Of a stretch of 50,414 nt of DNA, positions 1-12,786 are shown piece after piece. Made by a program: the position numbers and the translations under genes. Below the pieces are notes generated by a model, which was not told the DNA's origin, made no database searches, and worked only from the letters and a program-made list of their open reading frames with translations. The DNA comes from Octopus bimaculoides (lineage: Eukaryota). The number at the start of each line of letters is the position of its first letter. Within the stretch, counting starts at the first letter, position 1. The stretch covers positions 28,945,718-28,996,131 of the forward strand of contig NC_069002.1 of assembly GCF_001194135.2 (NCBI RefSeq), in the 5' to 3' direction.

Positions 1-119
1 ACAAAGTCTGGGTACATGGAATAAATAAAATCATGACATAAACAATTAAATATAAGAAATAATAATTTCTTAAAGTATGTGTTAATCCCCATGTACCCAG
101 ACTTTGTGGACACCCTGTA
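1..119. mobile_element. Tc1/mariner-type MITE, copy cut by the window edge
   Basis: Near-identical to 11445-11569; right TIR ...CCATGTACCCAGACTTTGTGGACACCCTG followed by TA. Confidence 0.85.
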
Positions 120-693
120 GTGTGACCAAAAGAACTGGCTATTGCAAGCTGCAGAAATAAATATTGAAAAGACGCATTTGGCCAAATTTGGACATACAAC
201 AGTTTAACATAATAGCAATGATATATTAGCAACAGAGGTAGTCTTAACACCGAGAAGTAATCTTTATCCCCACTTAAAAATAGATGTTCTGTTAGAACAA
301 ACTATACTGCAGTAGATACTAAGAGAGAACCTCTCATATTGGCTTTTGGTGCAAAATGCACTCTTGTTTATATTACTAGCAGGGAGAGATAAATCCCTGC
401 CACCTCCAGTACTGAGACCACCAGACCACGTGATTTCAACCTTCTCTAGTCTCATCAATGAAGATAGATTTCAATGCAACAATACAGGGGTGGCTTGGTG
501 GTCAAGAAGTTTGCACCTCAACCACATGGTTTTATGTCCAGTCCCTGTCTGTGACACCTAGTGATTGTGAGTGCAACACAAATTAAATACACCCTACTAT
601 AATTCTGTTTCTGAGAGTTTGAAAGTATTTTTTTTGGATAAACCATAGCTACACTCCCCACCGGCTAACTATATAAAGAAACGTTTTGCTTAC

Positions 694-817
694 CTGGAGT
701 GCATAAGAAATGGAAAGACCAACAAGGCCCCCAGTTATATCTGATCCGAGAATGGAAAATAACGAAGCTGCTATAATTATCAGATTTCCAACCAATTCAA
801 GCCGAATTCCTAACCAT
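694..817 (-). CDS. ABCC1: MRP exon E24 (124 nt, 2/0): (R)WLGIRLELVGN...GLVGLSISYALQ
   Basis: NRWL-xx-RLE and GL-x-GLS-x-SY-x-LQ motifs; donor gtaagc. Confidence 0.96.
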
Positions 818-1019
818 CTAATAAAGAGGAACAAGAAATATATTAAGAATTTGTCAAAATTCAAAGTATTTGAAGATAAACAGAATGCATTTAAGGGTCG
901 TGAAATTTTGAGTGGATTTCTGAGTTGCACAGTAAATGGTTTAAAATACTTGGTGGGGTAGGACATAGGCTGGTTACCCATATACCCAGCCTGGTGGCAC
1001 AAGAATGTGTCCTACCTAA

Positions 1020-1560
1020 TGACTGGTATAATAGCATCATTGACAACTGCTACAAGGGTTTAGGGAGGAAAAGAGGCGAGGGTCAAAGAGGCACCAAACT
1101 GTTGGTCAGATTATAGAAATTATGGAAAGATTAGTGATTGAATTGATTAGGAAAGCACATGCAGTCTGGCTTTGAACCAGAAAGAGGTATCACTGGTGAT
1201 GTCCATCTTGTGAAACAACTGCCGGAGAAGGACTAACTAGGAGTTGGCCTAGCACTTGTTGGCCTGAGAACATCTCTGACCAAGTTTCATACTCTGTAAT
1301 CTTGTGGTTGCTATGGAAACAAGGATTAGGTGAATGGCATGTGAGGGTCACTCAAGCCATGTATAGAGGCACAGTTATTAAGGAGTTCAGTGACAAATTT
1401 AGCATGCATATAGGGGTCCACCAGGGGTCAGTCCTCAGCTCCTTCCCATTTAAAGAACTGAGTTGTCCATGGGAATTCAACCTACAGATGACTTAGTTAT
1501 TATAGCTGATTCTGCAGAAAATTCAGAGAAAAAAATTCCAGGACTAGAATCAAGGTTTTA
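1020..1560 (+). mobile_element. Degenerate RTE-clade LINE reverse-transcriptase fragment
   Basis: Translation W..LRKxG..EW.VR..QAMY...GVHQGSVLS...CPWE with frameshifts. Confidence 0.8.
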
Positions 1561-2004
1561 AAGTAAACTTAGCAAAAACTGAAAGAGAAATGGTGCACAA
1601 TGAGCTGTGGATCTTGATTTTCGTCAAAATAACCTTGTCAACAAATTTTTTGGTAGCTCTGTGCTTTAGAAGACAAATGGAATGAAGACTACTTGATTAC
1701 TTGAAAATCAAGCAAGGATTATGAAACAGGAAGGGCATCTGGTTTTAAGAATACTTTCTGAATGATATGTACTCATCTAACTTGTGCTGTCATAGGAAAA
1801 TAGATGTAAAATGAATGAATGGACAAATAAAGCATAAATATTTCTCATCTTAAGATGCAAATCCTTAAAAGTATTTGTTTTAGCGACATCATTTCTAGTT
1901 TAAATCAATTGTATCAAGATAAATTATTTGAATTTAATATTAATTTTATATTAATTACACTTAAATACAATAAAAGAAGGGAAAAAGTTGGTTCGGTACC
2001 ATAC

Positions 2005-2204
2005 CTGTTTGAACTTTTGTTGACATAAACGAATACAAGGTTTTTGTCGACTAAAGTGCGAGACTCTTCTATAAAATCTTGCTCGATGTTAAAGGCTCGG
2101 ATCATACTGGAACCAGAAATGGATTCGCTGAAGTGAGTATAAATCGGGGACTTTGTTGTCGATTCTAGTCTCTTCAGCTGCCGAGATGAAGGGATATAAA
2201 CTGT
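2005..2204 (-). CDS. ABCC1: MRP exon E23 (200 nt, 0/2): TVYIPSSRQLKRLESTTKSPIYTHFSES...
   Basis: RQLKRLES...SPIY-x-HF-x-E motif. Confidence 0.98.
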
Positions 2205-2250
2205 CTGTAACAAAAAAAAGGAAAAAAAAAAAAATTAGTGGTAGTTTATA

Positions 2251-2625
2251 GGCGTAGGAGTGGCTGTGTGGTAAGTAGATTGCTTACCAACCACATGGTT
2301 CCAGGTTCAGTCCCACTGCGTAGCACTTTGGGCAAGTGTCTTCTACTATAGCCTCGGGCTGACCAAAGCCTTGCGAGTGGATTTGGTAGACGGAAACTGA
2401 AAGAAGCCCGTCGCGCGTGCGTGCGTGCGTGCGTGCCTCCAACATTGCTTGGCAACCGATGCTGGTGTGTTTACGTCCCCATAACTTAGTGGTTCGGCAA
2501 AAGAAACCGATAGAACAAGTACTAAGCTTACAAAGAATAAGCTCTGGGGTCGATTTGCTTGACTAAAGGTGGTGCTCCAGCATGGCCGCAGTCAAATGAC
2601 TGAAACAAATAAAAGAGTAAAGAGA
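2251..2625 (+). mobile_element. tRNA-derived SINE, family A (GGCGyAGGAGTGGCTGTGTGGTAAG head), full length
   Basis: A-box and B-box-like head (GGTTCAGTCCC), central microsatellite, AAAAGAGT tail; many copies in the window. Confidence 0.9.
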
Positions 2626-2859
2626 GTCACAGAACCTTTCAAGATGACAATTTCAAAATTAGATGGACTTGTTTTTTACTGTTATAGATTTATTTCTCAA
2701 CCACATGATTTTGGGTTCAATTCCACCACATGACAACTTGGGTAAGTGTTTTCTGCTGTATAATTTTGTTAAGGTTATTTCTACAGAAATTTTAGCCATC
2801 ATTGATTTTTTGCAACAATGTTGCGAAGACCTGTTGAGGCAAGTGGAATTGAAATCAAA

Positions 2860-3340
2860 TTCAATGACAGCACTGCATGACTGGCATCCGTGCCAATGGA
2901 GCGCTAAGAGCACCATCCGAGCATGATCATTGCCAGGGCTGCTGACTGGCTCCCGTGCCAGTGGCACGTAAAAAGCACTATTTGAGCGTGATTGTTACCA
3001 GTGTCGCCTTACTGGCACTTGGGCCAGTGGCACATGAAAAACAACATTCAAACGAGGTTGTTGCTTGTGCCGCTGGACTGGCTCCTGTGCAGGTGTCATG
3101 TAAAAAAAACACCATTTGAGCATGGCTGTTGCCAGTACCGCCTGACTGGCCCTCATGCCAGTGGCATGTAAAAGCACCCACTATACTCTCGGAGTGGTTG
3201 GCATTAGGAAGGGCATCCAGCTATAGAAACTCTGTCAGATCAGATTGGAGCCTGGTGCAGCCATCTGGTTCACCAGTCCTCAGTCAAACCGTCCAACTCT
3301 TGTCAGCATGGAAAGCAGACATTAAACAACGATGATGATG
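2860..3340 (+). mobile_element. RTE-3'UTR-like repeat with tandem GTGCCAGTGGCACGTAAAAAGCAC subunits and a (GAT)n tail
   Basis: Same sequence as follows the RTE ORF end at 23980-24150. Confidence 0.7.
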
Positions 3341-3654
3341 TTTTGTATCGAGACATCAGATGTAAACAAAAATGAGATAGAAAACAAAAATGGGTAATTG
3401 TTGTATATGCCATATTTCGGGGTTTTTTACCCCTTCATCAGCACTCATCTAATTCACTCCTGCTTCCGAACACATTGCTTATATAGCCACTGCATACAGT
3501 GGTGTAAAGTTATTGGATATACCAATGTACATATTAAACGCATTCCTGGCGCTGCTATGCAAATATTAAAAATTGTTAACATAGGATGTGGGACTGAACC
3601 TGGAACCATGTGGTTGGGAAGCAAGCTTCAACACCAGAACCGTTTTGTACTTAC

Positions 3655-3965
3655 CTGTATGATGTAATAGACAAGCATTATAGGAAGAACAACGACCAAA
3701 AAATCCGGAGTACTGTAACCAATAATGATGATGGTGCCGATACTTTGCAGCACTATCTGGAGCCATCTTCGAATGATGAAAGCAAGTGTATTGTCGACAA
3801 CATCTATGTCTCGGGAAAAGCGATTTATTATGCGACCAATTGGTGTTGTGTCAAAGAATGACATTGGGCAATGGATGATGTTGTCCAGAAGTCTAAAATG
3901 CATAGATGCTGCCGCTTTGATGGTGCCCATTGCATACATTAGAGCATAGACCAAAACATTTATAC
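3655..3965 (-). CDS. ABCC1: MRP exon E22 (311 nt, 1/0): ...PMSFFDTTPIGRIINRFSRDIDVVD...
   Basis: FFDTTP-x-GRI-x-NRFS motif; the same 311-nt size as the vertebrate exon. Confidence 0.98.
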
Positions 3966-4039
3966 CTAGATTTAAAGAAACAAAAATGAATAAATTTGCA
4001 TAATTATTAATGAATCATTAGAAATATATGAGGCATGAA

Positions 4040-4250
4040 AGTTAATGAGCTGGCCAAATCATTAGCGTGCCAGGCAAAATGCTTAGTGGCATTTTCTCCG
4101 TCTTTACATTCTGAGTTCAAATTCTGCCGAGGTAGACTTTGCCTTTCATATTTTGGGGTCAATAAAATAAGTACCAGGTGAGCATAGGGGTCAATGTAAT
4201 CAGCTTACACACTTCCCTGAAATTGCTGGCCTTGCAACAAAATTTGAAAC
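4040..4250 (+). mobile_element. tRNA-derived SINE, family C (B-box GAGTTCAAATTC)
   Basis: Matches the reverse complement of the units at 39110-40550. Confidence 0.8.
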
Positions 4251-5036
4251 TAACGTAAGAGGTATGTTTAGTGAGACTGGAAATTAAATAAGGTGAATCT
4301 AGATAGCTCTGCCTGGACTTGTAGCATTAGTGCAGTTTGACAGGAAGTTACCAATGTAAGTAAAGAGAGACAGGTGGAACCCATAAGCAAGCAGTTTCGA
4401 TCGGAGATTCACAGACACAGTCGAAAGCTTTGTTAACCCTTTAACATTCAGATTACTCTGTCAAATTTAATACTTATTTAATTACATTAATCAATAATAA
4501 TAAATTTGACTGGCACAAAAAGCACAAATTCAAAGAGGAGAGATTTAGTCAAAGTGAGTAATTACTGGTACTTCATCATCATCATCATCATCATCGTTTA
4601 ACGTCCGCTTTCCATGCTAGCATGGGTTGGACGATATGACTGAGGACTGGTGAAACAGGATGGCAACACCAGGCTCCAATCTAATTTGGCAGAGTTTTTA
4701 CAGCTGGATGCCCTTCCTAACGCCAACCACTCAGAGTGTAGTGGATGCTTTTACGTGTCACCCGCACGAAAACGGCCACACTCGAGATGGTGTCTTATAT
4801 TTTTACAAATCAAGAATGGACAGTAAAGTCAAAGACTTATGTTTATCAACATTTGAGTTTGGAACTCAAAGTAATTTGAGGCATTTAGTCTGGTGTTCTA
4901 CAATTTCTTGGAGTCAGGTATACTAAAACCAGACTGATACAGAAAAAAATTAAAATAATTAATGTGCAAAGATGCTCCTCCAACATCATCCTCTCCCTCC
5001 TCCTCATCATCATCAAGGGAGGAAATTAGAACTTAC

Positions 5037-5268
5037 CTTGTATAATGCCCACTGCACCATATACTGATAAATATATGTAGTTCTTTGTATTGTATTCTGG
5101 GTTTCTTGTGTTGTTGAGGTTTTTGAGGTAGGGGTCATCTGTCCATTGGCTCAACCAAATATTGGCAAACATAAGCGACCCTTGATTCAAGATCATCAGT
5201 ATAAAAACCCAGGTGAAAAGACAAAGACCAAGGGCTCTGGCATACTTGAGGAACACAGCTATTTTAAC
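5037..5268 (-). CDS. ABCC1: MRP exon E21 (232 nt, 0/1): TMD2 start VKIAVFLKY...NIWLSQWTDD...YGAVGIIQ
   Basis: N-x-WLS-x-W-x-DD motif. Confidence 0.96.
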
Positions 5269-5416
5269 CTGAAGCAGAATATAGAAGACATCAGTTAATG
5301 CAGCACAAATGGAAGTCGGAAATTCCTTAGCCAATGGAATTGATACATTTCCATTCCATTCACCTAAATCTCTCTATCTCACCTGCCTTACTTCTTGCTT
5401 ATTTAAATCTCACTTA

Positions 5417-5715
5417 GTGGAGGTGCAATGGCCCAGTGGTTAGGGCAGCAGACTCACGGTCATAGGATCGCGGTTTCGATTCCCAGACTGGGCATTGTGA
5501 GTGTTTATTGAGCGAAAACACCTCAAGCTCCACGAGGCTCCGGCAGGGGATGGTGGCGAACCCGGCTGTACTCTTCCAACACAACTTTCTCTCACTCTTA
5601 CTTCCTGTTTCTGTTGTGCCTGTAATTCAAAGGGTCAGCCTTGTCACACTGTGTCACGCTGAATATCCCAGAGAACTATGTTTAGGGTACACGTGCCTGT
5701 GGAGTGCTCAGCCGC
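5417..5715 (+). mobile_element. tRNA-derived SINE, family B (GTGGAGGyGCAATGGCCCAGTGG head), cut by the gap
   Basis: Near-identical to the copy at 10655. Confidence 0.9.
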
Positions 5716-6983
5716 NNNNNNNNNNNNNNNNNNNNNNNNNNNNNNNNNNNNNNNNNNNNNNNNNNNNNNNNNNNNNNNNNNNNNNNNNNNNNNNNNNNNN
5801 NNNNNNNNNNNNNNNNNNNNNNNNNNNNNNNNNNNNNNNNNNNNNNNNNNNNNNNNNNNNNNNNNNNNNNNNNNNNNNNNNNNNNNNNNNNNNNNNNNNN
5901 NNNNNNNNNNNNNNNNNNNNNNNNNNNNNNNNNNNNNNNNNNNNNNNNNNNNNNNNNNNNNNNNNNNNNNNNNNNNNNNNNNNNNNNNNNNNNNNNNNNN
6001 NNNNNNNNNNNNNNNNNNNNNNNNNNNNNNNNNNNNNNNNNNNNNNNNNNNNNNNNNNNNNNNNNNNNNNNNNNNNNNNNNNNNNNNNNNNNNNNNNNNN
6101 NNNNNNNNNNNNNNNNNNNNNNNNNNNNNNNNNNNNNNNNNNNNNCCCCCCCCCCACTTCTACTGATGCTAAAAATTCAAGATAAACATTAACTTTATTA
6201 CACTTAAAATGTTTCTCTTTCTATCTTGATTGAAAGAAGATTGTAAAGACTTTGAATAGAGTTCTTCTGTTTTGGCCTTGAATCTGTTTTAACTTCATAT
6301 AAAACCTGTTTTGTAGCATTAAATCAACATCTCCATTAAAGGAAAAAAGCTCAGAAACTGACTTGCTTTGAGTCTGCAGCAAGCATGAAAATATAAAACA
6401 TTAACTTCAGAATGAACTTGAAGAGAGGTATGAAATCAAAAGCTTGTAAATGGGTATTTCAAATGGAAAACACCGACTCTAGAATGAATAAACCACACCA
6501 AAGTCCTGATAAGAATATGAATGGTGTGAAGAGAACCTTGACCTAGTTAGAACATTCTTGGAGGATTATAGCCGGTTTGGTGACTGTTTGTGTAACACTA
6601 GTTTTATATTTGGAAATAGATAATAAATATATTTTACTTTTGAAGTAGGAATATATTTTGATAAACATGTCATTTATAACTTACTTATAAGTGTTATCAT
6701 TATACATAAATCCCGACTCCAGCTACATAAACGCCATAGTGAGAAATATATACTCTGAAACGCTAACGGACATTTTATGCAGTGCCTAGTATGGGAACTG
6801 AAACCATGATATTGCAATCATGAGTGCAACACCCAAACCACTAAGCTATGTGACTTCATTCTTCCAACTGGCAGAATTCTTAAAAGCTTCTGTTAGGTTG
6901 CTCTGTGGTCAGTCAAGTACTGGGGTCGATTTAATTGACGTACTCCTCCCTCTATATTCCAGGTCTTATATTAGAAACAATAT

Positions 6984-7384
6984 TACTCTTTTACTCGTTT
7001 CAGTCATTTGACTGCGGCCATGCTGGAGCACCGCCTTTACAGTTGAGCAAATCAACCCCAGAGCTTATTCTTTGTAAACCCAGTACTTATTCTATCGGTC
7101 TCTTTTGCAAAACCGCTAAGTTACAGGGATGCAAACACACCAGCATCGGTTGTCAAGCGATGCTGGGGGGGGGGGGGGGGACAAACAGACACACAAACAC
7201 ATATATATATATATACACACGACGGGCTTCTTCCAGTTTCCGTCTGCCAAATCCACTCACAAGGCTTTGGTCAGTCCGAGGCTATAGTAGAAGACACTTG
7301 CCCAAAGTGCCAAGCAGTGGGACTGAACCCGGGACAATGTGGTTGGAAGCAAGCTACTTATTACACAGCCACTCCTGTGCCTAT
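6984..7384 (-). mobile_element. SINE family A, full length
   Basis: Reverse complement of the 2251-2625 type. Confidence 0.9.
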
Positions 7385-7435
7385 TAAACAAACAGAATAC
7401 ATAAATAAATAGGTATATAAAATAGAAATACTTAC

Positions 7436-7547
7436 AGTGCCTTTTTCCATTTTCTCTTCTTGAATCAACTTAGTAACAGCCACATCTTGATCGTGTCCAT
7501 CATAAGAAATACTCTGAGATCGTTTCGAGACTGAACTAGCTCTTCTC
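7436..7547 (-). CDS. ABCC1: MRP exon E20 (112 nt, 2/0): linker RRASS...KLIQEEKMEKGT
   Basis: KLI-x-EE-xx-E-x-G motif; donor gtaagt. Confidence 0.9.
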
Positions 7548-9089
7548 CTGTCAGCAGCAATCACATACAAAGACAACAAACCTCAGTTTTATAGGGGAAA
7601 ATAACAAGTGTAATATTCATGGCTAATTCAATGGAAACTAGTGACATACATTAAATGAAGTAAAATAGGGACCACAGAAGATTGAAACTGTTGATCTCTG
7701 TCAACTGGAAATGCTATTTTTTTATTTTGTTGCACTCATCAAGCAACGTGTGCGTGTCAAGCAACATGCACACGTGCATCAACATTGAACCATTTTGATA
7801 CCCTATTTTGAAAATAAAGAATTTAGTAAAATGACTCATTATTATTATTATTAAGCTGATGTTTGGAACATAAATTAATATGAAATTTTCATGGACAGTT
7901 TTAATTTAAACCATTTTAAAACAGAAAGTTTTGTATTGATGAATCAGAAGCAGTTTCAGGCAGGTTGGTATCAATAAGGTTAAATCTATAAATCATATCA
8001 ATATTAAATTCATTGATCGTTAATACTTAAATGTCTTTAGAAATCGGTTTATCTTTGACTTCTAGTTTGTTGCTCCTATGAACATCTTGTAACCAGATGT
8101 TGCCTTAACATGATTGTATGTATTCAGATAAGGAATCAAAGACAACTATGAATGGACTATGGTGATTAGAATAGAACTGATGCCAAGAAAATCTGACAAT
8201 AAGAGAGTTATATAATTTCTGTTTAACCCATAAAGTGCTGGGATTTGCACTTACATAGCATGGACTGCTGAGCACATTTTATGAAAACGAGACAACCACG
8301 AACTCATAAAAAGCAAAAAATAGTTAAAATAGCTTCTTAGTATATAATGGTGGAAAGTTTTACATCATCTGAAAAGTCATTAGTTGAACTTTTAGTTCTC
8401 TTGCATTCTGGGGGATATTGGAGCATTTGAGTGACATTAGACCTCAACAAATGCCCATAAATTAAATGCATCAAACTGGGTCATGATTGTGGCCCATCAT
8501 GCTTTATGTGTGAATTGGAAGTGTATCAAGTACATACTAACCCTGCTGAGGTCAGACTTTACCTTTCATCCCTTTGGGGTTGATAAAGTACCAGTCAAGC
8601 ACTGGGGTTGATACAGTTGACATGCCCCTCCCCTCAAAATGGGTGGCATTGAACCCTGCAGCAAACTGGCACCCCATTCAGGGTTGGGTGTTGTAATCTT
8701 GGCCACTTACCAGTTAATACCTTCCTTCCCTGCTGGCATGGGTTGAATGATTTGACAGGAGCTTATGAGCCAAAGGACCAGGCTAAGCTCAATTCCCTGC
8801 TTCAACAAGGCTTCTACAGCAGGATGCCCTTCCTAATGCCAATCATTTTACAGAAGGTACTGGGTGCTTTTTTATGTGGCACCAGCACCAGTGTGATCAC
8901 CAAGCAACTGGCAAAACAAGACCCTTCAACTGAGAAGGGAATGGAAACTTGGTAATTGGCCTTATAATTACTAGGGATCAAGAACAACCCCACCAAAACA
9001 ATCATACTATGTGCTAGAGAGTAATGGAGGAGTTGTGAGTTCCCCACTTCACAAAAAACCCCAAAAAACATTGAACAAATCTTAAATAC

Positions 9090-9216
9090 CTGGTAGTTGA
9101 TACCTTACTGTCCTTTCTCTTTGAAATGCTTTTAATATTTTCATTGACTTCACCATCTGAGCAGCTTGAGACAAATGAAGCAGCTCGTTGCAATATTTTC
9201 GATTTTACTTCATTTA
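9090..9216 (-). CDS. ABCC1: MRP exon E19 (127 nt, 1/2): NBD1-TMD2 linker
   Basis: Acceptor ttgcag, donor gtattt; phases close E18 to E20; low-conservation S/K-rich linker. Confidence 0.8.
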
Positions 9217-10654
9217 CTGCAAGAGAAAACAAAACAAAGGAAACAAATTTAGTTGAATATAGTTGAAGATGTGGAAAACTGTTTAATCTCTTGAATATAG
9301 TTGAAGGTGTGGAAAACTTTAATCTTTTGATTATAGTTGAAAGTGTGGAAAACTGTTTAATTTTTTGAATAATGTACTTTTAAAGTTGTGGCTGTATGGT
9401 TAAGAGGCTTTTTTCCTAATCACATGGTTCTGGGTTCAGTCCCACTGCTTGACACCTTGGGTAAATGTCTTCTACTAACAAGGTTTTGGTAGACAGAAAC
9501 TGAAAGAATCCTGTTATGTTTGTGTGTAGGTTTTCTTTTTTTGCACAGTCATTGACTTGTAACAGTTTAAGTGAAACAGTAACAACATCAATCAGACCAG
9601 TCTTGGAGAGTCTGCAAAGAACAGAGACAGAATCCCTTCATCCAGACCAAACAAGAATAAACATACATACACACATAACCATCATTGTTTAATGTCTACT
9701 TTTCCATGCTTGCAGGGGTCAGACCAAATTTGTTATGGCAAGATATTCTTCAACAAGATACCCTTCCTGTCACCAACCCTCACCTGTAGCCAAGCAAGGT
9801 AATATTTCCCCATGGCTAGACATAGAAGAGTGGAAACAATCATTACCTGAATGGCAATGGTGCTCATTTACAATCATCATGTGATTTATAGACAAAGGTG
9901 CACACACATCCAATGGGCTTCTTTCAATTCCATCTACCAAATCCACTCAAGGTTTTAGTTGGCTCAGGGTTATACTACAAAATACTTCTGCTTTGGGACT
10001 GAATCTGAGACCACATGGTTGCAAAGCAAGCTCCTAAACCACACATTTAAGATTTCACATATGTAGGGGGGCTTTGAAAAGGGTCTCAGGGAGTAGCGTC
10101 CCTGCCTTCCTGAGCTAGTTTTCCACCACATTTCTTAAAAATCGTGGTAGAGGCCTTGGTCTCGGGACCACCCATGTCTAGAAAGTGAGATTGGGGGTAA
10201 GCAAGGGCATGCTCCCCATAGAAAATCCAGCTCCAAAAAAAGCCTCATGATAGCAAAGGAGAATGGGCACCAGCCAGCCCAAAGGTTGGGGTGGGCTCTA
10301 CCTGCCTACCTCGGTTGCTAGGCATTGAGGTAGATCCAACCACCCCTATTAATGAGTACAAAACCCAGATTTAAAACAGTGGATGATGATGATGATGAGG
10401 CATAGCAATACTAATAACTTGGTGTTAAAACTCAATATACATAATGCTTCAGGATAAAGCACCAGTCAAGTACAGATCGTAATCAGAAATTAAATGACAA
10501 AGGAACAGGAGATTAGGTAATCAACTTCATTGGCTTACAGCTGTTCCTGCTATAAGATGCAGCGCCTTCAGAGCCGAGTGCATGTGTATCATCTTATAGC
10601 TTCCTCAGAGTTTCAAAATGAAGTTCATTGTATAATCTCCTGTTCCTTTGTCAT

Positions 10655-11030
10655 GTGGAGGCGCAATGGCCCAGTGGTTAGGGCAGCGGACTCGCGGTCA
10701 TAGGATTGCGGTTTCGATTCCCAGACCGGGCGTTGTGAGTGTTTATTGAGCAAAAACACCTAAAGCTCGACGGGGCTCTGGCAGGAGATGGTGGCGAACC
10801 CTGCTGTACTCTTTCACCACAACTTTCTCTCACTCTTACTTCCTGTTTCTGTTGTGCCTGTAATTCAAAGGGCCAGCCTTGTCACACTGAATATCCCCGA
10901 GAACTACGTTAAGAGTACATGTGCCTGTGGAGTGTTCAGCCACTTGCACGTTAATTTCACGAGCAGGCTGTTCCATTGATCGGATCAACTGGAACCCTCG
11001 ACGTCGTAAGCGACGGAGTGCCAACAACAA
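10655..11030 (+). mobile_element. SINE family B, full length, with a 10-bp TSD
   Basis: TSD CCTTTGTCAT at 10645-10654 and 11031-11040; (CAA)n tail. Confidence 0.93.
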
Positions 11031-11094
11031 CCTTTGTCATATATTTAATTTCATAATTTGATGTGTGTGTGTGTGTGAATAGAAGACAACTTAC

Positions 11095-11272
11095 TCTCAG
11101 GATCTGAATCTTCAGCCTCGTTTAGATAGGTCAACAAAAATTGAGCAAATGCACCATTGTGACTAATTAACTCATCGTAGCTGCCCTCTTCAGATACACT
11201 TCCGTCAGACATCACAATCACTTTGTCGACTTTTGGTAACCAATGGATACCGTGTGTCACAAATATACGGGT
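11095..11272 (-). CDS. ABCC1: MRP exon E18 (178 nt, 0/1): H-loop TRIFVTH...EAEDSDPE
   Basis: TR-x-x-VTH and E-x-GSY-x-EL motifs. Confidence 0.96.
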
Positions 11273-11444
11273 CTGGTGATAAAAGAAAAATAAAAGCAAC
11301 AAAAAAAAGAGTAAATATAACGATGGGATTTTCAAATATCTAAATGTGGAAAACTACACACAAAAACAACAACATAAATTCGTATAAAATACAGGTAGGA
11401 TGGCATCATCATCATCAAAGAATTGTTAACAGTATGAGAATCTA

Positions 11445-11569
11445 TAGGGTGTCCACAAAGTCTGGGTACATGGAGTAAATAAAATCATAACAAACAATTA
11501 AATATAAGAAATAATAATTTCTTAAAGTATGTGTTAATCCCCATGTACCCAGACTTTGTGGACACCCTG
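11445..11569. mobile_element. 125-bp Tc1/mariner-type MITE
   Basis: About 29-bp TIRs (AGGGTGTCCACAAAGTCTGGGTACATGG and its reverse complement), with TA on both flanks. Confidence 0.9.
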
Positions 11570-11727
11570 TAGTTATAGCAAAACAAGAATAATTGTCTAT
11601 AATTTTAGCACAAGGCCAGCAATTCTGGAGGAAGGGGTAAGTCAATTATATTGACCCCAGTGCTCAACTGGTACATATTTTATCGTCCCCGAGAGGGTGA
11701 AAGGCAAAGTTGACCTCGGTGGAATTA

Positions 11728-12069
<342 letters not shown>

Positions 12070-12540
12070 TCATTTCAATTTCACTGTTTAACCCTTTAGT
12101 GTTTGCATTATCCTGCCAAAATTAATGTTTTTTCATCTACATTGTTTTGAACTAATCATACATTATCTTGTAGCTATGAGATTTTGATGAGGTAGCTGTT
12201 AATTTTTAAAACAATATTGTAGGGTTGGTGTGTGAGACCAAATCTGGCCAGTTTGAACATAAAACAGGCAGAATACTTTTGGTCGGATATCGCCGGTTTA
12301 AATATTTATACCATTGCATTAATGTCCATTTTCCTCATGTTTCCATAAGTCAGACGGAATTTGTTTTGGCAGATTTTCTGTGGTTGGATGCGCTTCCTGT
12401 TGCTAACCCTTGTTTGGTTTGAAGCAAGGTAATATTTCCCTACAGCTGGACAGGTTTTCATGAAGAATTGGAAATGAAGGACATCACTTGCAAGTGGCTG
12501 GGACAAATGAAGGACATCACTGAATCTGGCTGGTTTGAAC

Positions 12541-12786
12541 CAGGGCTGTGGAGACAAAACAAAAATCTCTGACTCCGACACTATTGGTACCTCCGACTCC
12601 TCTTTATGTAGTTAAGTGATTGTGGTCTAGATATCTCATAAAGCATATGCTTGTACTTTGAGTCGGCCTATAGGTTAGAACTGGTTTATATTAAAGAAAG
12701 ACATTATGAGTCGGAATCAGAGTCAGTATAGTTTTTCTGACTCCGACTCCAGCTACCCCTTAATTATTTCCAATTCCACAGCCCTG
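12541..12786. mobile_element. hAT-type MITE with internal GACTCC/GAGTC repeats
   Basis: 12-bp perfect TIR CAGGGCTGTGGA; perfect 8-bp TSD GTTTGAAC at 12533-12540 and 12787-12794. Confidence 0.9.

Noticed and set aside
264-561. Short ORFs near the window start as the next MRP exon
   Set aside because: No LNW.VR...E.NIV.VER motif; the next exon lies beyond position 1
5508-6192. Long ORFs containing X runs (also 14753-15300, 17604-18666, 35628-36545)
   Set aside because: Artefacts of translating through N gaps
6440-6545. AG followed by VKVLF..., mimicking the start of E21 (VKIAV)
   Set aside because: Stop codon after 27 codons and no MRP similarity
10655-10730. tRNA-like heads (A and B boxes) here and in many other copies
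   Set aside because: SINE heads followed by SINE bodies and TSDs; no complete cloverleaf
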